Below are positions 34,217-35,313 of a stretch of DNA of 35,313 nt, one piece after another. Every line of letters begins with the position of its first letter. Position 1 is the stretch's first letter. The DNA comes from Candidatus Kaiserbacteria bacterium. Lineage in GTDB: Bacteria; Patescibacteriota; Minisyncoccia; Phycocordibacterales; UBA918. The notes beneath the pieces were generated by a model, which did not search any database, was not told the origin of the DNA, and saw only the letters and a program-made list of their open reading frames with translations. The DNA is taken from the NCBI GenBank assembly GCA_043770255.1, contig JAYVIL010000049.1, positions 1 through 35,313 on the forward strand. The letters run 5' to 3'. Both the position numbers and the translations under genes were made by a program.

Positions 34217-35313
34217 TTACTTGGTAGCTTTAATAAAAGCATCAATGTCGGCTTCTAGTAAATCAAGACCCTCCTCAAAAGCGGCAGATTTTGAAACATC
34301 AATACCTATAGATTTGAAGATTTTTTCTACTGTTGTGTGGTCACCTGCAGTCAGGAACGTGTCAACTTGGTTTACATAGTCGGGATTGTCTTTGTAGCGT
34401 TTGAACATAATAGAACTGGCCAGGTTGCCAAACGAGTAGCTGTACTGATAGAAATACATGCGGTAGTGGATTTTGGCGATCACGTTGTAGCCGTCGGTCT
34501 CGTCAAAAGCAATTGCTGAGCCACAGTAGTCAGTAAAGTGACGGACAAGGCAGGCACTCATTTCTTGCCAGGTCATTGCTCCTTCACGCCGAATGGTTTC
34601 GTGGATTTCAAGCTCTGCTTTGTAGCGAGCAATACACATGATAATGGTATTAATTTTGTCACAGATTTGCGTATTGAGCATTGTGACACGTTGCTCGCCC
34701 TCAAGTTGCTCAAGTAACCGGTGACTGACCACTGATTCAAAAAAAGTACTCGCTGTTTCTGCTGTGACGGTAGAGTGATCTTGGTACATTAGTGGCTGGA
34801 GTTTGCTCCGGTAGGCATGGACAGCATGACCCATCTCGTGCGCAAAGGTGCTCACCGCTTGGAAGTCACTACTATGGTTGAGTAATACCAGAGTTGGCAT
34901 GTGGGTACCGCTCGAACAGAACGCCCCGCCCCCTTTACCGGCTTTGGGATACACGTCGATATTTCCCCGCTCTAGCATCTCGTCAAAAATCTTGCCGTAA
35001 ATAGGGTTAAAATTATAAAATGAATCACGACAGATTTCGGTTGCGGTAGCGAAGTCAATTTGCGGTAGAGCCACACCGTAGTCATCACGGTCAATAAAAT
35101 CAATCTTTTTCCCCGCCAGTTTGGCCTTGTGGGCAAAGAATTTCCGAGTCAGCTTGTAGCCTCGATTGGAAATAGCGTCTACTAAGGCCTCGAGACTAGT
35201 TTCGGTCAAGTCATGGCCGAGCACGGTCGCTGAATAGGGCTTTTTGAAACCACGCAGCTCGTCGTTAATTTTTTTGTCAGTAATAACAGCGTTAAGTTCG
35301 TTTTCTGCTACTG
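34217..35313 (-). CDS. M3 family oligoendopeptidase (PepF-like), 5' end outside the window
   Basis: GK.GGAFCS, HEMGH zinc motif, AETASTFFE, HY...FY.YSY; frame stays open to the window edge (VAENELNAVITDKKINDELRGF...). Confidence 0.9.
   Translation of the reverse strand, partial: VAENELNAVITDKKINDELRGFKKPYSATVLGHDLTETSLEALVDAISNRGYKLTRKFFAHKAKLAGKKIDFIDRDDYGVALPQIDFATATEICRDSFYNFNPIYGKIFDEMLERGNIDVYPKAGKGGGAFCSSGTHMPTLVLLNHSSDFQAVSTFAHEMGHAVHAYRSKLQPLMYQDHSTVTAETASTFFESVVSHRLLEQLEGEQRVTMLNTQICDKINTIIMCIARYKAELEIHETIRREGAMTWQEMSACLVRHFTDYCGSAIAFDETDGYNVIAKIHYRMYFYQYSYSFGNLASSIMFKRYKDNPDYVNQVDTFLTAGDHTTVEKIFKSIGIDVSKSAAFEEGLDLLEADIDAFIKATK

Noticed and set aside
238-34519. Many short ORFs antisense to or overlapping core genes in the track (e.g. 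6197..6571, 11486..11944, 21129..21515, 21918..22430)
   Set aside because: Shadow frames of well-supported genes, with no start signals or recognisable motifs.

Overview
A mostly minus-strand core-genome segment that looks like a Patescibacteria (CPR, Parcubacteria-like) bacterium using genetic code 11. This is inferred from the short AlaRS, archaeal-type AspRS, compact L13, degenerate FtsA-like plus baseplate-J-like gene pair and scarce Shine-Dalgarno sites. Core genes in order: ftsW (partial), mraY, DD-carboxypeptidase, scpB, scpA, pepA, aspS, trpS, yigZ, dnaJ-dnaK-grpE, rpsI-rplM-rplQ-rpoA-rpsD-rpsK-rpsM-rpmJ-infA, alaS and an M3 oligopeptidase (partial). The most notable additions are: (1) a transcription-terminating T-box riboswitch before aspS with an ultrashort Stem I and an Asp (GAC) specifier; (2) a duplicated cassette of an unannotated single-TM microprotein plus a multi-TM histidine kinase with no response regulator, at the end of a DUF2617-like/speE/two paralogous membrane proteins/SET cluster; (3) a ~630-nt promoter-to-terminator unit with many stems and no long ORF, splitting scpA from scpB; (4) several palindromic repeat families, two of them bracketing a GIY-YIG nuclease and a Y1/HUH transposase. 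All calls are by eye; no searches or folding programs were run.
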